Positions 39,863-50,512 are shown, counted from the stretch's first letter. The stretch is 59,303 nucleotides of DNA from Ignavibacteriales bacterium (GCA_016207415.1 JACQPT010000093.1:1-59303); one strand, 5' to 3'. The notes: a model not told the origin generated them from the sequence alone. Program-made: numbers and translations.

Positions 39863-40789
39863 ATGAGTTCTCCCGAAACGGTTTTGTCGCCGTCACCGCC
39901 CGCTGCACAGGCGTCGTTCGTAGAACGTTTCGATGTTCACCCACTCCTGTTTGTCGCCATGTGTCTTGGAGCGGTTTTCTTTCTGTATCACATCGTCGGC
40001 AGCGGAATCGCGTTCATCGTCGTGGGTGCCAAGATCACCCGTGAAAATGCAGCGGCGATGAGGTTGATCACGACCGCGGGTCAGCTTGCATTCATGTTTG
40101 TTCCAACGCTGGTCTTTGCCAGACTTCTCAGTGGACGTTTCAGGAATGTTTTTCCATTGCGCGTTCCATCACTGCGGGAGTCTGCTTTCATGTTTGTTGC
40201 GCTCATCTCGCTTCAGCAGCTGCTCGAAGTGTACATGTTCTTGCAGGATCTTATTCCTCTTCCGGAATTTCTACGGCAGATCATGCAGCCAGCGCGGGAG
40301 ATGTTTCGGAACATGATGAAAATCGTTGTTAAAGCCGAGACCGTTCCGGAATTGCTTTTTGTCATCGTCATCGCCGCCGTCGTCCCTTCCGTCGTCGAGG
40401 AGTTGTTGTTCCGCGGAGTAGTTCAGAAAACGATGGAGCGCATGTTTCAACCGTTGCTTGCGGCATTGCTCACAGGAATCGTCTTCGGCGTGTTCCATCT
40501 GGACCCCTTTAACGTCGTCCCGCTGGTGGTCATCGGCTGCTTCCTGGGAGTGCTGCGGCTCAGGTCGAAAAGCATCATTCTCCCCATTACGGCGCATTTT
40601 GTGAACAACCTGGTCGCCGTCGTGGCTGTGTACCTGGGTATGGGGTTTGAAACGAAGCTCAGTACCACGGAATTCGGATTCTCTGAAACGGTTGCAGTCT
40701 TTACCCAGTTGATAGGTTTCGGCGCGTTGTTGTTCATTTCTCTCCGTGCATATCTGCATTCTACGAAATCAGTGCAGGATTCAACATGA
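39863..40789 (+). CDS. CPBP-family (CAAX) intramembrane metalloprotease
   Basis: 308 aa, multi-TM, with the EELLFRG motif, FGVFH, and a late HFVNN motif. Confidence 0.85.
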   Translation: MSSPETVLSPSPPAAQASFVERFDVHPLLFVAMCLGAVFFLYHIVGSGIAFIVVGAKITRENAAAMRLITTAGQLAFMFVPTLVFARLLSGRFRNVFPLRVPSLRESAFMFVALISLQQLLEVYMFLQDLIPLPEFLRQIMQPAREMFRNMMKIVVKAETVPELLFVIVIAAVVPSVVEELLFRGVVQKTMERMFQPLLAALLTGIVFGVFHLDPFNVVPLVVIGCFLGVLRLRSKSIILPITAHFVNNLVAVVAVYLGMGFETKLSTTEFGFSETVAVFTQLIGFGALLFISLRAYLHSTKSVQDST

Positions 40790-41247
40790 CTTTGCTCTCT
40801 TGTACTGCATGCGGCCGAACGCTCCAAGGCAGGGATTTGTTTTGCTCGTTTTGCGGCACAACCACTCCCGCAAGCCGGTTGGAGTGTGAAAAACATTTTG
40901 GGGAGCGCGCAATCGGCGTTTGCTCGGTGTGCGGAAGACCGGTCTGCGGAGACTGTGTGGTCACTGTTGAGAAAGTCTTGTATTGTAACGATGCTGACCA
41001 CCGGACGATGCGGGAATCCTGGACAGTCATTTTCACTACGCGCTCCGAATTCGAGGCCGATGCCGTGTACCGGAACCTGGAGTACGCGGGGATTAAGGCA
41101 AGAGTCTTCACGATGCGGGAACATGTTGCAGTATTCTGGTTCGACGAATTCGCAATCGTCCGTGTCTTAGTTCGTCAGGATGATCGGGAGCGGGCTCTGT
41201 CGATCCTCTCAGAGCTTCAACTGATCCACGATTCCGAGGACGAGTAA
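40786..41247 (+). CDS. Zinc-ribbon / B-box-like protein with a DUF2007-like C-terminal domain
   Basis: 153 aa with the Cys pairs CTACG...CSFCG and CSVCGRPVCGDC. The C-terminus (FEADAVYRNLEYAGIKARV) is like the putative signal-transducing DUF2007. Confidence 0.5.
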   Translation: MTLLSCTACGRTLQGRDLFCSFCGTTTPASRLECEKHFGERAIGVCSVCGRPVCGDCVVTVEKVLYCNDADHRTMRESWTVIFTTRSEFEADAVYRNLEYAGIKARVFTMREHVAVFWFDEFAIVRVLVRQDDRERALSILSELQLIHDSEDE

Positions 41248-41249
41248 CG

Positions 41250-42218
41250 ATGGAGAATGAAAGCACAAAAAAATCGAGGTTTTCGTCGCTTCCCACACGG
41301 GTCGCTGTTGCCGCCGTGGCAATCCCGGCTATCGTGGTTCTCGCTCTCGAGGGGGGGTACTGGTTTTTTGGTCTTGTCGCCCTCATCTCGTCTCTTTCAC
41401 TTGCGGAGTTCTATAAATTGTCGGAGAAGAAGAATGTCTTCCCGCTGGCGAGCCTTGGTCTCTTTTTCGGCATTCTGATGAACCTCGCCTTTATTTACGA
41501 GCGGCTGCAGCTTGACCTGTACCAAATTCTCTCCGATGCCGGGATTCGTCTTTCCATGTTTTCCCAACTCCAATTCTTTCTTGTTGTCGTTCTCCTCTTC
41601 ACGCTGACGGTGTTGTTGACCGAGCTTTTTCGCGACAAGGGATCTCCAACGCTGAATATTGCCGTAACTGTTTTCGGCGTCCTTGGCATATCTGTTTTTT
41701 TTGGAACGCTTATAGGGCTTCGGGAAATCTTTCCCTACGGGTTTCCCGTCTATAAATTCTTCTCGGTCGCCGTGGCAGACACGGTTCAGCTCGATCGGAT
41801 CAATCGTTGGGGAGGCTACACAGTCGTTTCGCTTTTGGCGGCCATCTGGGTTTGCGACACGGCAGCGTATTTTGGGGGAGTGACTTTCGGCAGGCACAAG
41901 CTTTTGGAACTGGTCAGCCCCGGTAAAACGTGGGAGGGCGGTGTCTTTGGCTTCGTATTTGCCGTTGCAACGATGGTGGTCGCTCAAAGTACGGTTCTCG
42001 ATTACCTTGAATTCCACCACGCAATCGTGATTGGCGTCTTCGTGGGAATCTTTGGACAACTCGGCGACCTGGTGGAATCACGCTTCAAGAGGGATGCCGG
42101 TGTCAAGGATTCATCGTCGATTATTCCCGGCCATGGAGGAATGTACGACAGGTTCGACAGCCTGGTATTTCTTTCACCTATTGTGTATCTTTATATAGAT
42201 TTTGTTGTTTTATCGTAG
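41250..42218 (+). CDS. cdsA: Phosphatidate cytidylyltransferase (CDP-diglyceride synthase)
   Basis: 322 aa, multi-TM, with the C-terminal signature SRFKRDAGVKDSSSIIPGHGGMYDRFDS. Confidence 0.9.
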   Translation: MENESTKKSRFSSLPTRVAVAAVAIPAIVVLALEGGYWFFGLVALISSLSLAEFYKLSEKKNVFPLASLGLFFGILMNLAFIYERLQLDLYQILSDAGIRLSMFSQLQFFLVVVLLFTLTVLLTELFRDKGSPTLNIAVTVFGVLGISVFFGTLIGLREIFPYGFPVYKFFSVAVADTVQLDRINRWGGYTVVSLLAAIWVCDTAAYFGGVTFGRHKLLELVSPGKTWEGGVFGFVFAVATMVVAQSTVLDYLEFHHAIVIGVFVGIFGQLGDLVESRFKRDAGVKDSSSIIPGHGGMYDRFDSLVFLSPIVYLYIDFVVLS

Positions 42219-42225
42219 GACGAGA

Positions 42226-43518
42226 ATGCAGGGAAAAAGGCAAAGAATAAGTGTTGTAACACTCGGCTGTGCCAAGAACATTGTGGACAGCGAGGTCCTC
42301 CTCGGACAGCTGAAAACCGAACGCGGCGTCATGGTCACGGATATCGACGATGCAGAGGTGGCCGTTATCAACACCTGCGGCTTTATCGACGCGGCAAAAC
42401 AGGAGTCCATCGATGCAATCATGGAAGCCGTCGAAAGGAAAAGCAAGGGCACTTTGAAAAAGGTTGTGGTGATGGGATGTTTGTCGGAGCGCTATGCGAG
42501 AGAACTCGCTACCGAAGTCCCCGAAGTGGATGCATTCTACGGGTCGAATCAATTGAAGGATGTCTTGTGCGAAGTCGGAGTTGATTTCAAGCAAGAGCTG
42601 CTCGGTGAACGGCTTTTGTCGACCCCGTCTCACTTCGCCTATCTGAAAATCTCCGAGGGGTGCGACCATCCTTGTTCGTTCTGTGCGATTCCTCTGATGC
42701 GTGGATTGCACAGGTCAAAACCTGAAGAGGATATCTTGCTGGAAGCGCGTTCCCTCGCTGCACGAGGAATCAAAGAACTTATCGTCATTGCCCAGGACAC
42801 AACGTATTACGGCCTGGACCTCTACGGCGAAAGACGGTTGTCCCGGCTGGTAGGGAAGCTGAGCGAAATCGACGGCGTTGAGTGGATCCGGCTCATGTAT
42901 GCCTACCCGTCAAAATTTCCGCTCGACCTCATTGATGCTATGGCGTCCAGCAGGAAGGTCTGTCGTTACCTCGACATACCCATCCAGCATGCTTCGGACC
43001 CCGTCTTAAAATCCATGAGACGCGGGATCACCAACCGGGCCACCCGCCAACTTATCGAGACGTTGAAATCCAAAATCCCGGATATCGCATTAAGGACCAC
43101 TCTTATTGTCGGCTACCCCAATGAGTCCGAGACGGATTTCCAAGTTCTGTATGATTTCGTCAAGGAGACTGAGTTTCATCGATTAGGCGTGTTTCCATAC
43201 TCACAAGAAGAAGGCACGTTCGCCTATGACCTGGGCGACCGAATCCCAGCCGAAATCAAAGAGGAGAGAAAGAAGGCATTGATGGAGGTTCAAAAGGCCA
43301 TTTCGCAAAAAAGGAACGAGTCCCTCGTCGGCTCGACGGTAAGGGTCCTCGTCGACCGGAAGGAGAAAGGTCATGCCGTCGGCAGGACTGAGTGGGATGC
43401 GCCGGAGATCGACCAGGAAGTTTTTGTGGAGAATCATGAGGGTCTGGGTATCGGGCATTTTTTTGATGTCAGAGTTGTTGATGCTGTGGAATACGACTTG
43501 TACGCAACAAGTCTATAA
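42226..43518 (+). CDS. rimO: Ribosomal protein S12 methylthiotransferase (radical SAM, TRAM domain)
   Basis: ATG 42226. Motifs are VVTLGCAKNIVDSE and the radical SAM CDHPCSFCAIP, with a C-terminal TRAM domain. Confidence 0.87.
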   Translation: MQGKRQRISVVTLGCAKNIVDSEVLLGQLKTERGVMVTDIDDAEVAVINTCGFIDAAKQESIDAIMEAVERKSKGTLKKVVVMGCLSERYARELATEVPEVDAFYGSNQLKDVLCEVGVDFKQELLGERLLSTPSHFAYLKISEGCDHPCSFCAIPLMRGLHRSKPEEDILLEARSLAARGIKELIVIAQDTTYYGLDLYGERRLSRLVGKLSEIDGVEWIRLMYAYPSKFPLDLIDAMASSRKVCRYLDIPIQHASDPVLKSMRRGITNRATRQLIETLKSKIPDIALRTTLIVGYPNESETDFQVLYDFVKETEFHRLGVFPYSQEEGTFAYDLGDRIPAEIKEERKKALMEVQKAISQKRNESLVGSTVRVLVDRKEKGHAVGRTEWDAPEIDQEVFVENHEGLGIGHFFDVRVVDAVEYDLYATSL

Positions 43519-43556
43519 GGATAAGGAGGGAGGGAAGGATTACGAAATCACAACTG

Positions 43557-44852
43557 ATGGCAAAGCTTCCGCTGTTTCTTCTCTTGACGGCTCTTAGTCT
43601 CCCGCTCTCTGGCATCGATGCACAACCCGTTTTACGAAACATCAATGCCGATGCTGTACCCACATTTTTCTTCGAAGCAATAAGTTTTTCATCGGAACAG
43701 GTGAATAAGTCGCATGTCGATATCTATCTCCAGGTTCCGCACGAGGAACTCCGATTTGTCAAGGAAGGAGACATCTACCTCGCGCGTTATGAAGTCAACG
43801 TGGGCGTTTATACACCGGAGAAAGAGCTTGTGCAGGACCGCTCGTGGACTGTGGAGGTGCGGGAGAAAGACTTCGCTCAAACGACGTCAAGCCGTCAGTC
43901 AAGCCTTACGCAACGGGGCATTGAACTGGAGGCCGGCAATTACGAGTTCGTCGTTAAGATGGAGGACCAGGATTCGCGTCGGAGCGCGCAGATCCGTCGG
44001 TCAATGCTCATTTCGAACTATGCGAAAGACACGATGACAGTGAGTGACATTATGCTCGTGAGCCGGTTAACGACCGAGGGTGAGAAGAAGAAAATTGTCC
44101 CCAACATTTCCGGCAACGTCGGCCATCTTTCCGAAGGATTTTTCCTTTTCTTTGAAATCTATAATGCCGGCACCGAGGATTCACTCGAACTCGTATGCCG
44201 CGTGTATAATTCAAAGAAAGAACAAGTGTATGAAAGGCTGGAACGACATGCTTCCCTTGGACTGAAGACGCAGTCGTTTTTCAAAGTGGAAAACCTTCAC
44301 CTTCCCGTGGGTACCTACCTAGTTGCTATGGAAGTCTCACCCGTGCGGAAAGACGCCGCGGCTGGAATCCTCGCAACGACAACGCGCACGTTTACCGTTC
44401 GATGGTCGGACATACCCGCTTCCGTTACCGACCTTGACAAAGCGATTGACCAAATGCGTTACATCGCACGCGACTCGGAGCTGGAAGAGATCCGTTCTTC
44501 GGGCGACCTCGAAGAAAAACGAAAGCGCTTTCTGGATTTCTGGACAAAGCGGGATCCCGACCCTACGACGCCAAGAAACGAGTTATTGGATGAGTACTAC
44601 CGCCGCGTAGAGCTCGCCAACAAAAGTTTTACGCATTATCTTGAAGGATGGAGGACCGACCGGGGGATGGTCTACATTCGCCTCGGACCTCCCGAGAATA
44701 TCGAACGTCATCCCTTTGATATTAATACCAAACCATACGAGATATGGTATTACTACCAGCTGCAACGGGAGTTTGTGTTCGTCGATGAGACGGGTTTTGG
44801 CGATTACCGGCTGAAGTACCCGACAACCGACTTGTGGGGAAGGATTCGCTGA
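43557..44852 (+). CDS. GWxTD domain-containing secreted protein
   Basis: 431 aa with a signal peptide. The C-terminus has the literal GWRTDRG motif, plus YEIWYY and FVFVDETGFGDYRL. Confidence 0.8.
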   Translation: MAKLPLFLLLTALSLPLSGIDAQPVLRNINADAVPTFFFEAISFSSEQVNKSHVDIYLQVPHEELRFVKEGDIYLARYEVNVGVYTPEKELVQDRSWTVEVREKDFAQTTSSRQSSLTQRGIELEAGNYEFVVKMEDQDSRRSAQIRRSMLISNYAKDTMTVSDIMLVSRLTTEGEKKKIVPNISGNVGHLSEGFFLFFEIYNAGTEDSLELVCRVYNSKKEQVYERLERHASLGLKTQSFFKVENLHLPVGTYLVAMEVSPVRKDAAAGILATTTRTFTVRWSDIPASVTDLDKAIDQMRYIARDSELEEIRSSGDLEEKRKRFLDFWTKRDPDPTTPRNELLDEYYRRVELANKSFTHYLEGWRTDRGMVYIRLGPPENIERHPFDINTKPYEIWYYYQLQREFVFVDETGFGDYRLKYPTTDLWGRIR

Positions 44853-44866
44853 GTTTGTCTCTGCGT

Positions 44867-46642
44867 ATGTTTCTCAAGAAGGCCAGCGTGAAAACTTTTT
44901 CCGCTGGTTTTTTTTGTCTGTGGTTGATGCAGTCCGGCCGCATGGCCGCCCAGAGCTCCCTGAGGGTTGCATCTCTCACCGTGGTCGGGGCCACCACAGG
45001 AACCCTCCTGGAAATCCCGGACAATGTCCAAACAAAGCCCCAAGGTATTTTCGACGAAGCCGTTCTTCACAGGGATCTCACCAGGCTCATCGAGCGATAT
45101 GCGGCCGACGGTTTTGTGTATGCGCGCATCGACTCCGTCACCATTATCCCGGCTGGCGGAGACTCAGCTGTGGACATTTTTGTCAGAATTCACGAGGGCA
45201 AGCCTGCTCTTCTAAAATCCATAGACGTTGAAGGCGTGCGAGCAGTGAAAGAGGAAGATCTGAAAGCACGTTTCGAGCTTGCTCCGGGCGGTTTGTTTAG
45301 CCCGTCCGCGCTGGAATCTGATATTCAAAGGGGGCTGACGTTTTGTGAACAATCAGGATATCCTTTCGCAAAATTGGCCGTAAAGGACGTTTCCTTTTCA
45401 GAGGCAGCTGACGCGATTCTGACTTCGGTCATTTTATCTGTCGATGAAGGCCAACGAGTAACGATTTCGGAGTTGCGTGTTGAAGGCAACAAATCCACGA
45501 AGGAATATGTCATCCTCAGGGAGGCAAGGCTCCAGCCTGACGAGATTTTCGACGGTCGATTGCCCGAAAGAATCAAGCGGCGTTTGGAAAGGCTGGCCCT
45601 CTTTTCGTCCGTTTCTCTGCCCGAACTGTACCTGACAGAAAGTGGGCACGGCGGTTTGCTCGTGCGAGTCGCGGAAGGCAGTCCCAATTCCTTCGACGGT
45701 CTCATTGGATACGTCCCGACGCGGCAGCAAGAAAGCGGATTCTTCACCGGGCTTGTGCATGTGCAGTTCCGAAATTTGTTGGGGACAGGACGAAAGCTCT
45801 CGACGCGATGGTACCGCGAAAACCAGCTCACCCAGGAGGTCGAGATTCGTTATTTTGAGCCATGGATCGCTTCGTATCCCTTCAACGGCCTCGTCGATTT
45901 TTTTCAGCGCAGACAGGATTCAACTTACGTCAGGAGGAATTACGGGCTGAGTCTGGAGTTCATGGTAAGCGAAGTACTGATGTTCGGTGTCGCCTACAGC
46001 CAGGCAAACGTTATCCCTTCTGAAGGATATGCAAGGTCGATCCTTGCCGAGAGCCGCCAATGGTCCGTCGGCGGCCATGTGCGCTACGATACGCGGGACG
46101 ACCCTGTGACGCCGACCGGAGGTGTTCTGTATCGCACTGAATATCGTTCGGGCGTGAAGAACACGTTGAACAATCTCACGAACGCGCCCGCTGCGAGAAG
46201 TTCCACCAGACTGGTTACGATGGATCTCTCCCAATATTTCCCATTCTTCAGCCGCCAGGTCCTGGCCACTGAATTTCACCTGAGGGATTTTCGTGCAGAC
46301 AGAATCGAAGTTGCCGACTTGTTCAAACTGGGGGGAGCAACGAGCCTGCGCGGATACAAAGAGGGACAATTTCAGGGCTCGACATTGTCATGGATGAATG
46401 CAGAGTACAGGTTCCTGGCGGGTTCGCGGTCGTTCTTCTACATCTTTGCTGATGTGGGCTATGTTGTTGTGCCCGAGAACGTTGCTGGGGGTCTCTCAAA
46501 ATCGGAACAGACCAAAGCGGGTTTTGGCGTCGGCGTGCGGATGGAATCGGGACTAGGCCTGATTGGGGTCAACCTTGGGTTTGGGGAGGGAGACACGTTC
46601 AGTACAGCGAAGCTTCATGTCCGGCTGGTCAATGAATTCTGA
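44867..46642 (+). CDS. BamA/Omp85-family outer membrane protein (POTRA repeats plus surface-antigen barrel)
   Basis: ATG 44867 gives a signal peptide (MFLKKASVKTFSAGFFCLWLM). POTRA-like repeats are present (I..I.VEG....), and the C-terminal barrel ends in ...LHVRLVNEF. Confidence 0.8.
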   Translation: MFLKKASVKTFSAGFFCLWLMQSGRMAAQSSLRVASLTVVGATTGTLLEIPDNVQTKPQGIFDEAVLHRDLTRLIERYAADGFVYARIDSVTIIPAGGDSAVDIFVRIHEGKPALLKSIDVEGVRAVKEEDLKARFELAPGGLFSPSALESDIQRGLTFCEQSGYPFAKLAVKDVSFSEAADAILTSVILSVDEGQRVTISELRVEGNKSTKEYVILREARLQPDEIFDGRLPERIKRRLERLALFSSVSLPELYLTESGHGGLLVRVAEGSPNSFDGLIGYVPTRQQESGFFTGLVHVQFRNLLGTGRKLSTRWYRENQLTQEVEIRYFEPWIASYPFNGLVDFFQRRQDSTYVRRNYGLSLEFMVSEVLMFGVAYSQANVIPSEGYARSILAESRQWSVGGHVRYDTRDDPVTPTGGVLYRTEYRSGVKNTLNNLTNAPAARSSTRLVTMDLSQYFPFFSRQVLATEFHLRDFRADRIEVADLFKLGGATSLRGYKEGQFQGSTLSWMNAEYRFLAGSRSFFYIFADVGYVVVPENVAGGLSKSEQTKAGFGVGVRMESGLGLIGVNLGFGEGDTFSTAKLHVRLVNEF

Positions 46643-47471
46643 TAAACTCAAAGCCCTTGGCGAACTCACCCGTCCGGTGAACTGCCTCATCGCATTTCTT
46701 TCCATTGCGGCCGCGTCTGTATTGGCAGCCGGGGGAGTGGAGCAGTGGTTCCAGATTCTCATCGCGGCACTCGTTGGTGCGCTTGTTGCCGGAGGCGCAA
46801 ATGCCATCAATGATTATTTTGACGTCGAGATTGACCGCATCAATCGCCCCGAGAGGCCGATTCCGAGAGGCACCGTTAGCAAAGTAGAAGCTCGCTTGCT
46901 CTGGTTCATTCTCTCTTTTCTTGGGCTCAGCTTGAATTTTCTCCTCACCAAGGGCGCTCTCGCCATTGCGTTTCTTGCAGTCGTCTCCTTGTTTATTTAC
47001 AGCATGGTCCTGAAGAAAACCGTCCTCACCGGAAATCTCGTTGTCGCTCTAATGACGGCGATGGCGTTCGTGTATGGGGGAATTGTGGTCGGCAAGCCGG
47101 AACGGTCCATAGTGCCCGCACTTTTCGCATTTCTTGTCAATTTTGCAAGGGAAGTTGTGAAAGATGTGGAAGACGTGGAAGGCGACGCGGGCAACCGCGC
47201 CGTAACATTGGCGGTGAAGTATGGTCCCGAGACGAGCATCATGGTAGCGAGTGTCGTCATTGTTGTGCTCATCGGAACAACCATGGCGGCGTACGTACTT
47301 GGATTATACAATACGATCTATTTGGTTCTCGTCCTGGTCCTCGATATGATTCTCCTGTATATTGTTATTTCGATGTGGACCGATCACTCGCCGGTACACA
47401 TGAGAAAAATGAGTAACCTCCTCAAATTGAACATGGCGATTGGTCTCGTTGCAATTTTTGCGGGTTCATAA
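46632..47471 (+). CDS. UbiA-family prenyltransferase, digeranylgeranylglyceryl-phosphate synthase-like
   Basis: ATG 46632 overlaps the BamA-like stop by 11 nt. The protein has ~8 TM helices. The first Asp-rich motif is NAINDYFDVEIDRINRPERPIPRG and the second is KDVEDVEGD...RAVTLAV. Confidence 0.78.
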   Translation: MNSDKLKALGELTRPVNCLIAFLSIAAASVLAAGGVEQWFQILIAALVGALVAGGANAINDYFDVEIDRINRPERPIPRGTVSKVEARLLWFILSFLGLSLNFLLTKGALAIAFLAVVSLFIYSMVLKKTVLTGNLVVALMTAMAFVYGGIVVGKPERSIVPALFAFLVNFAREVVKDVEDVEGDAGNRAVTLAVKYGPETSIMVASVVIVVLIGTTMAAYVLGLYNTIYLVLVLVLDMILLYIVISMWTDHSPVHMRKMSNLLKLNMAIGLVAIFAGS

Positions 47472-47476
47472 ACGCC

Positions 47477-48088
47477 ATGCCTTTCTTGCGCATCGAACGA
47501 AAATTGTGGCAGCAGGGCGTCAAACTAATCGCCGGCGTGGACGAGGCTGGAGTCGGCCCTCTGGCCGGGCCGGTGGTTGCCGCGGCCGTGGTTTTCCCAA
47601 AACACCTGCAGATAGCAGGAGTCGATGATTCGAAAAAACTCACGCAAGGCAAACGAGACGAGCTTTTAGAGGTGATAAAGAACAAGGCACTCAGTTGCGG
47701 CGTCGGCGTCGTGGATCACAACGAGATCGACAGAATCAATGTCCTTCAGGCGTCCATCCTCGCCATGAAGAAAGCGCTGTCGAATTTGAACGTCACTCCG
47801 GGATTCATCATCGCCGACGGCCGCGCTTTCTTTCATGAAACGATACGATATCGGAACATCATTGACGGAGACGCACGTTGCTTCACGATCGCCGCCGCCT
47901 CGATCATCGCCAAGGTCACACGCGACAGACTCATGATGGAGTATCACGAGCGTTTTCCACTCTATGGTTTTGACCAGCACAAGGGGTATGCAACGAAGCA
48001 ACACCTTGCTGCGATCAGGCAATACGGATTGTGTGAAATTCACCGCAAGAGTTTTCGGCGACAGCTTCAACTGTTCGAGGAAGTCTGA
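47477..48088 (+). CDS. rnhB: Ribonuclease HII
   Basis: 203 aa with GVDEAGVGPLAGPVV, DDSKKL and SIIAKV. Confidence 0.93.
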   Translation: MPFLRIERKLWQQGVKLIAGVDEAGVGPLAGPVVAAAVVFPKHLQIAGVDDSKKLTQGKRDELLEVIKNKALSCGVGVVDHNEIDRINVLQASILAMKKALSNLNVTPGFIIADGRAFFHETIRYRNIIDGDARCFTIAAASIIAKVTRDRLMMEYHERFPLYGFDQHKGYATKQHLAAIRQYGLCEIHRKSFRRQLQLFEEV

Positions 48089-48146
48089 GGAGTCGATCTC
48101 ATGCCTCAATTGATTTTCCCTGCTTGTTTTGGTACCTTCGCATCGC

Positions 48147-48503
48147 ATGGCATTGACCAATCGACAACGCGGCACTATCGGCGAGGAATTGGCGGCCGAA
48201 TACCTGATGAACAAGGGTTACCAAATCCTTGAGAGGAATTATCGCTTTGAACACGGCGAAATCGATTTGATTGCCCAGGACGGCGAAGAGCTGGTGTTCG
48301 TCGAGGTAAAGTCGAGGAAGTCAAAATCTTTCGGTGAGCCCGAAGAGAGCATCACCGAGGTGAAGGAAGGTCGCCTCCGGGACGCGGCCGAAGGATACCT
48401 GTACGAGAAAGACATTGAAAACCGCACATGTCGCTTCGATGTCGTTGCGGTGGAATTCCTGGACGGCATCGTAAAGATTCGCCACACAGTGGACGCATTC
48501 TGA
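48147..48503 (+). CDS. yraN: YraN-family (UPF0102) endonuclease-like protein
   Basis: GEELAAEYL..KGYQILERNYR...GEIDLIA..GEELVFVEVKSR is the characteristic pattern. I prefer ATG 48147 over the ORF-track start at 48129. Confidence 0.85.
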   Translation: MALTNRQRGTIGEELAAEYLMNKGYQILERNYRFEHGEIDLIAQDGEELVFVEVKSRKSKSFGEPEESITEVKEGRLRDAAEGYLYEKDIENRTCRFDVVAVEFLDGIVKIRHTVDAF

Positions 48504-49928
48504 ATGACGTTGCTCGCTCCCCACACCGCCCTCTACACGGATTATTATCAGCTGTCGATGTCCCAGGGCTTTTTTCTCTCCGGACACGCGAAGGTCAAAG
48601 CCACGTTTGACTATTTCTTTCGGGAAAACCCTTTCAAAGGCGGGTTCGTTGTGTTTGCTGGTCTCGGGGATCTGCTGGAAATCCTGGAGGACTATTCTTT
48701 CGAGAATGATGATATTGAATACTTGCGGAAAGTGGGTTTTGACAACCGTTTTCTGGAGTATCTCTTGACCTTCCGTTTTCGCGGCACGCTGAGATCAGTC
48801 CGCGAGGGTGAGGTCGTGTTTCCGCTCGAGCCGCTCGTTCGCGTGGAAGGCGATATCGCCGAGGTTCAGGTCATCGAGACCGTGCTCCTCAACATGCTCA
48901 ATTTTGAATCGCTGATTGCTACGAAGGCGGCGCGCTTGCGCATGGTTGCGCCCGATAAGCGGCTCGTGGACTTCGGCCTCCGGCGCGCACAGGGGTTCGG
49001 AGGGATCCATGCCAGCAAAGCGGCCATCATTGGCGGTCTCGATGCAACGTCCAACGTTTACAGCGCATTTCAGTTCGGCCTGCAAGCAACAGGTACGCAA
49101 GGACATTCCTGGATACAGAGTTTTGATGATGAGCTGGAGGCCTTTCGGAAGTTTGCGGAGTTTTATCCCGATAAATGCGTCCTCCTGGTGGACACGTACA
49201 ATACGCTTCGCAGCGGCATCCCAAACGCTATTATCGTAGCAAAAGAACTTGAGGCGAGGGGCCACCGCTTGCTCGGCATCCGGCTCGACAGCGGAGACCT
49301 GGCTTACCTCAGCAAACATGCGCGCGAGATGCTGGACCAGGCCGGCTTGAAGTATGTAAAGATCGCTGTCTCAAACCAGCTTGACGAGTACATCATCCGC
49401 AGTCTGTTGCAGCAAGGAGCGCCGATTGATATCTTTGGTGTGGGGACGAGACTCGTCACGGGGCAGGATTCGCCTGCGCTTGACGGTGTGTATAAACTCA
49501 GCATGTACGACGGTAAACCGAGGCTGAAGTTCTCCGAGAACTACGAGAAAACAACGCTCCCGGGAACCAAGAAAACCATTCGTTTTCTGAACGACGACGG
49601 AACCTTTTATGCTGACGGAGTTACACTGGAAACGGAGTCCTCGATTGAATACATCCTTCACCCATTCCAACCCGGACAGCGAAGCACGGTGAAAAACCTC
49701 CATGGTGAGGAGCTGTTGAGCGTCGTGATGAAAGACGGCCGACGCCTCAGCGACGGGTTTTCACCGGAGAACAGCGCACGGTATGCAAGGGACCGTCTGG
49801 CAAAGCTTGCGCCGGAACACAAGCGCTTCGAGTTTCCGCACACATACAAGGTCGGAATCAGCACGGAGCTCATGCATCTTCGTTCACGGCTGATGGAAGA
49901 CCTTCAACACGGTCAGAGAAAGCAATAG
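48504..49928 (+). CDS. pncB: Nicotinate phosphoribosyltransferase
   Basis: 474 aa with [18 protein letters not shown] and GIRLDSGDL. It starts immediately after the yraN stop. Confidence 0.9.
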   Translation: MTLLAPHTALYTDYYQLSMSQGFFLSGHAKVKATFDYFFRENPFKGGFVVFAGLGDLLEILEDYSFENDDIEYLRKVGFDNRFLEYLLTFRFRGTLRSVREGEVVFPLEPLVRVEGDIAEVQVIETVLLNMLNFESLIATKAARLRMVAPDKRLVDFGLRRAQGFGGIHASKAAIIGGLDATSNVYSAFQFGLQATGTQGHSWIQSFDDELEAFRKFAEFYPDKCVLLVDTYNTLRSGIPNAIIVAKELEARGHRLLGIRLDSGDLAYLSKHAREMLDQAGLKYVKIAVSNQLDEYIIRSLLQQGAPIDIFGVGTRLVTGQDSPALDGVYKLSMYDGKPRLKFSENYEKTTLPGTKKTIRFLNDDGTFYADGVTLETESSIEYILHPFQPGQRSTVKNLHGEELLSVVMKDGRRLSDGFSPENSARYARDRLAKLAPEHKRFEFPHTYKVGISTELMHLRSRLMEDLQHGQRKQ

Positions 49929-49942
49929 GAGGAAAGAGAATC

Positions 49943-50491
49943 ATGAGAGGACTTCTGGTTGTCGATGTTCAGAATGATTTTTGTCCGGGCGGGGCGTTGG
50001 CCGTCCCCGAAGGAGACAAGGTCGTTCCGGTGATTAACAAATTAATGGATGGATTTCCTGTGGTTGTTGCATCCAAGGACTGGCATCCGCAAGAGACAGT
50101 CCATTTTCAGAAATGGCCCGTGCATTGCGTCCACAACACCAACGGCGCTGATTTTCATCCGGAGATCGTCAGCACAAAAATCGAACAGGTATTCCTGAAA
50201 GGCACAGGGAACAAAGATGACGGTTATTCTGCTTTTGAAGCCACGAACCTCGACCTTGCCCAATATCTCAGGCAGAAAGGGGTGGACGAATTGTATGTCA
50301 CCGGGCTTGCGACGGACTATTGTGTTAGGGCTTCGGCCATCGATGCGGCAAAGAAGGGATTCAAAACATGCGTCGTGACGGACGCGATTGCTGCGGTCAA
50401 TGTCCATCCGGGCGACGACAAAAAAGCGTTGGAGGATATGAAAAAGCAGGGTGTTGAGCTCCTTTCCTCAAAAGAAGTAACCAACCTGTAG
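49943..50491 (+). CDS. pncA: Nicotinamidase / pyrazinamidase (isochorismatase family)
   Basis: 182 aa with LLVVDVQNDFCPGGAL, the WPVHCV metal-site context and the catalytic Cys in GLATDYCV. Confidence 0.88.
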   Translation: MRGLLVVDVQNDFCPGGALAVPEGDKVVPVINKLMDGFPVVVASKDWHPQETVHFQKWPVHCVHNTNGADFHPEIVSTKIEQVFLKGTGNKDDGYSAFEATNLDLAQYLRQKGVDELYVTGLATDYCVRASAIDAAKKGFKTCVVTDAIAAVNVHPGDDKKALEDMKKQGVELLSSKEVTNL

Positions 50492-50512
50492 ACGAACCCT
50501 TCACGAAAGAAA

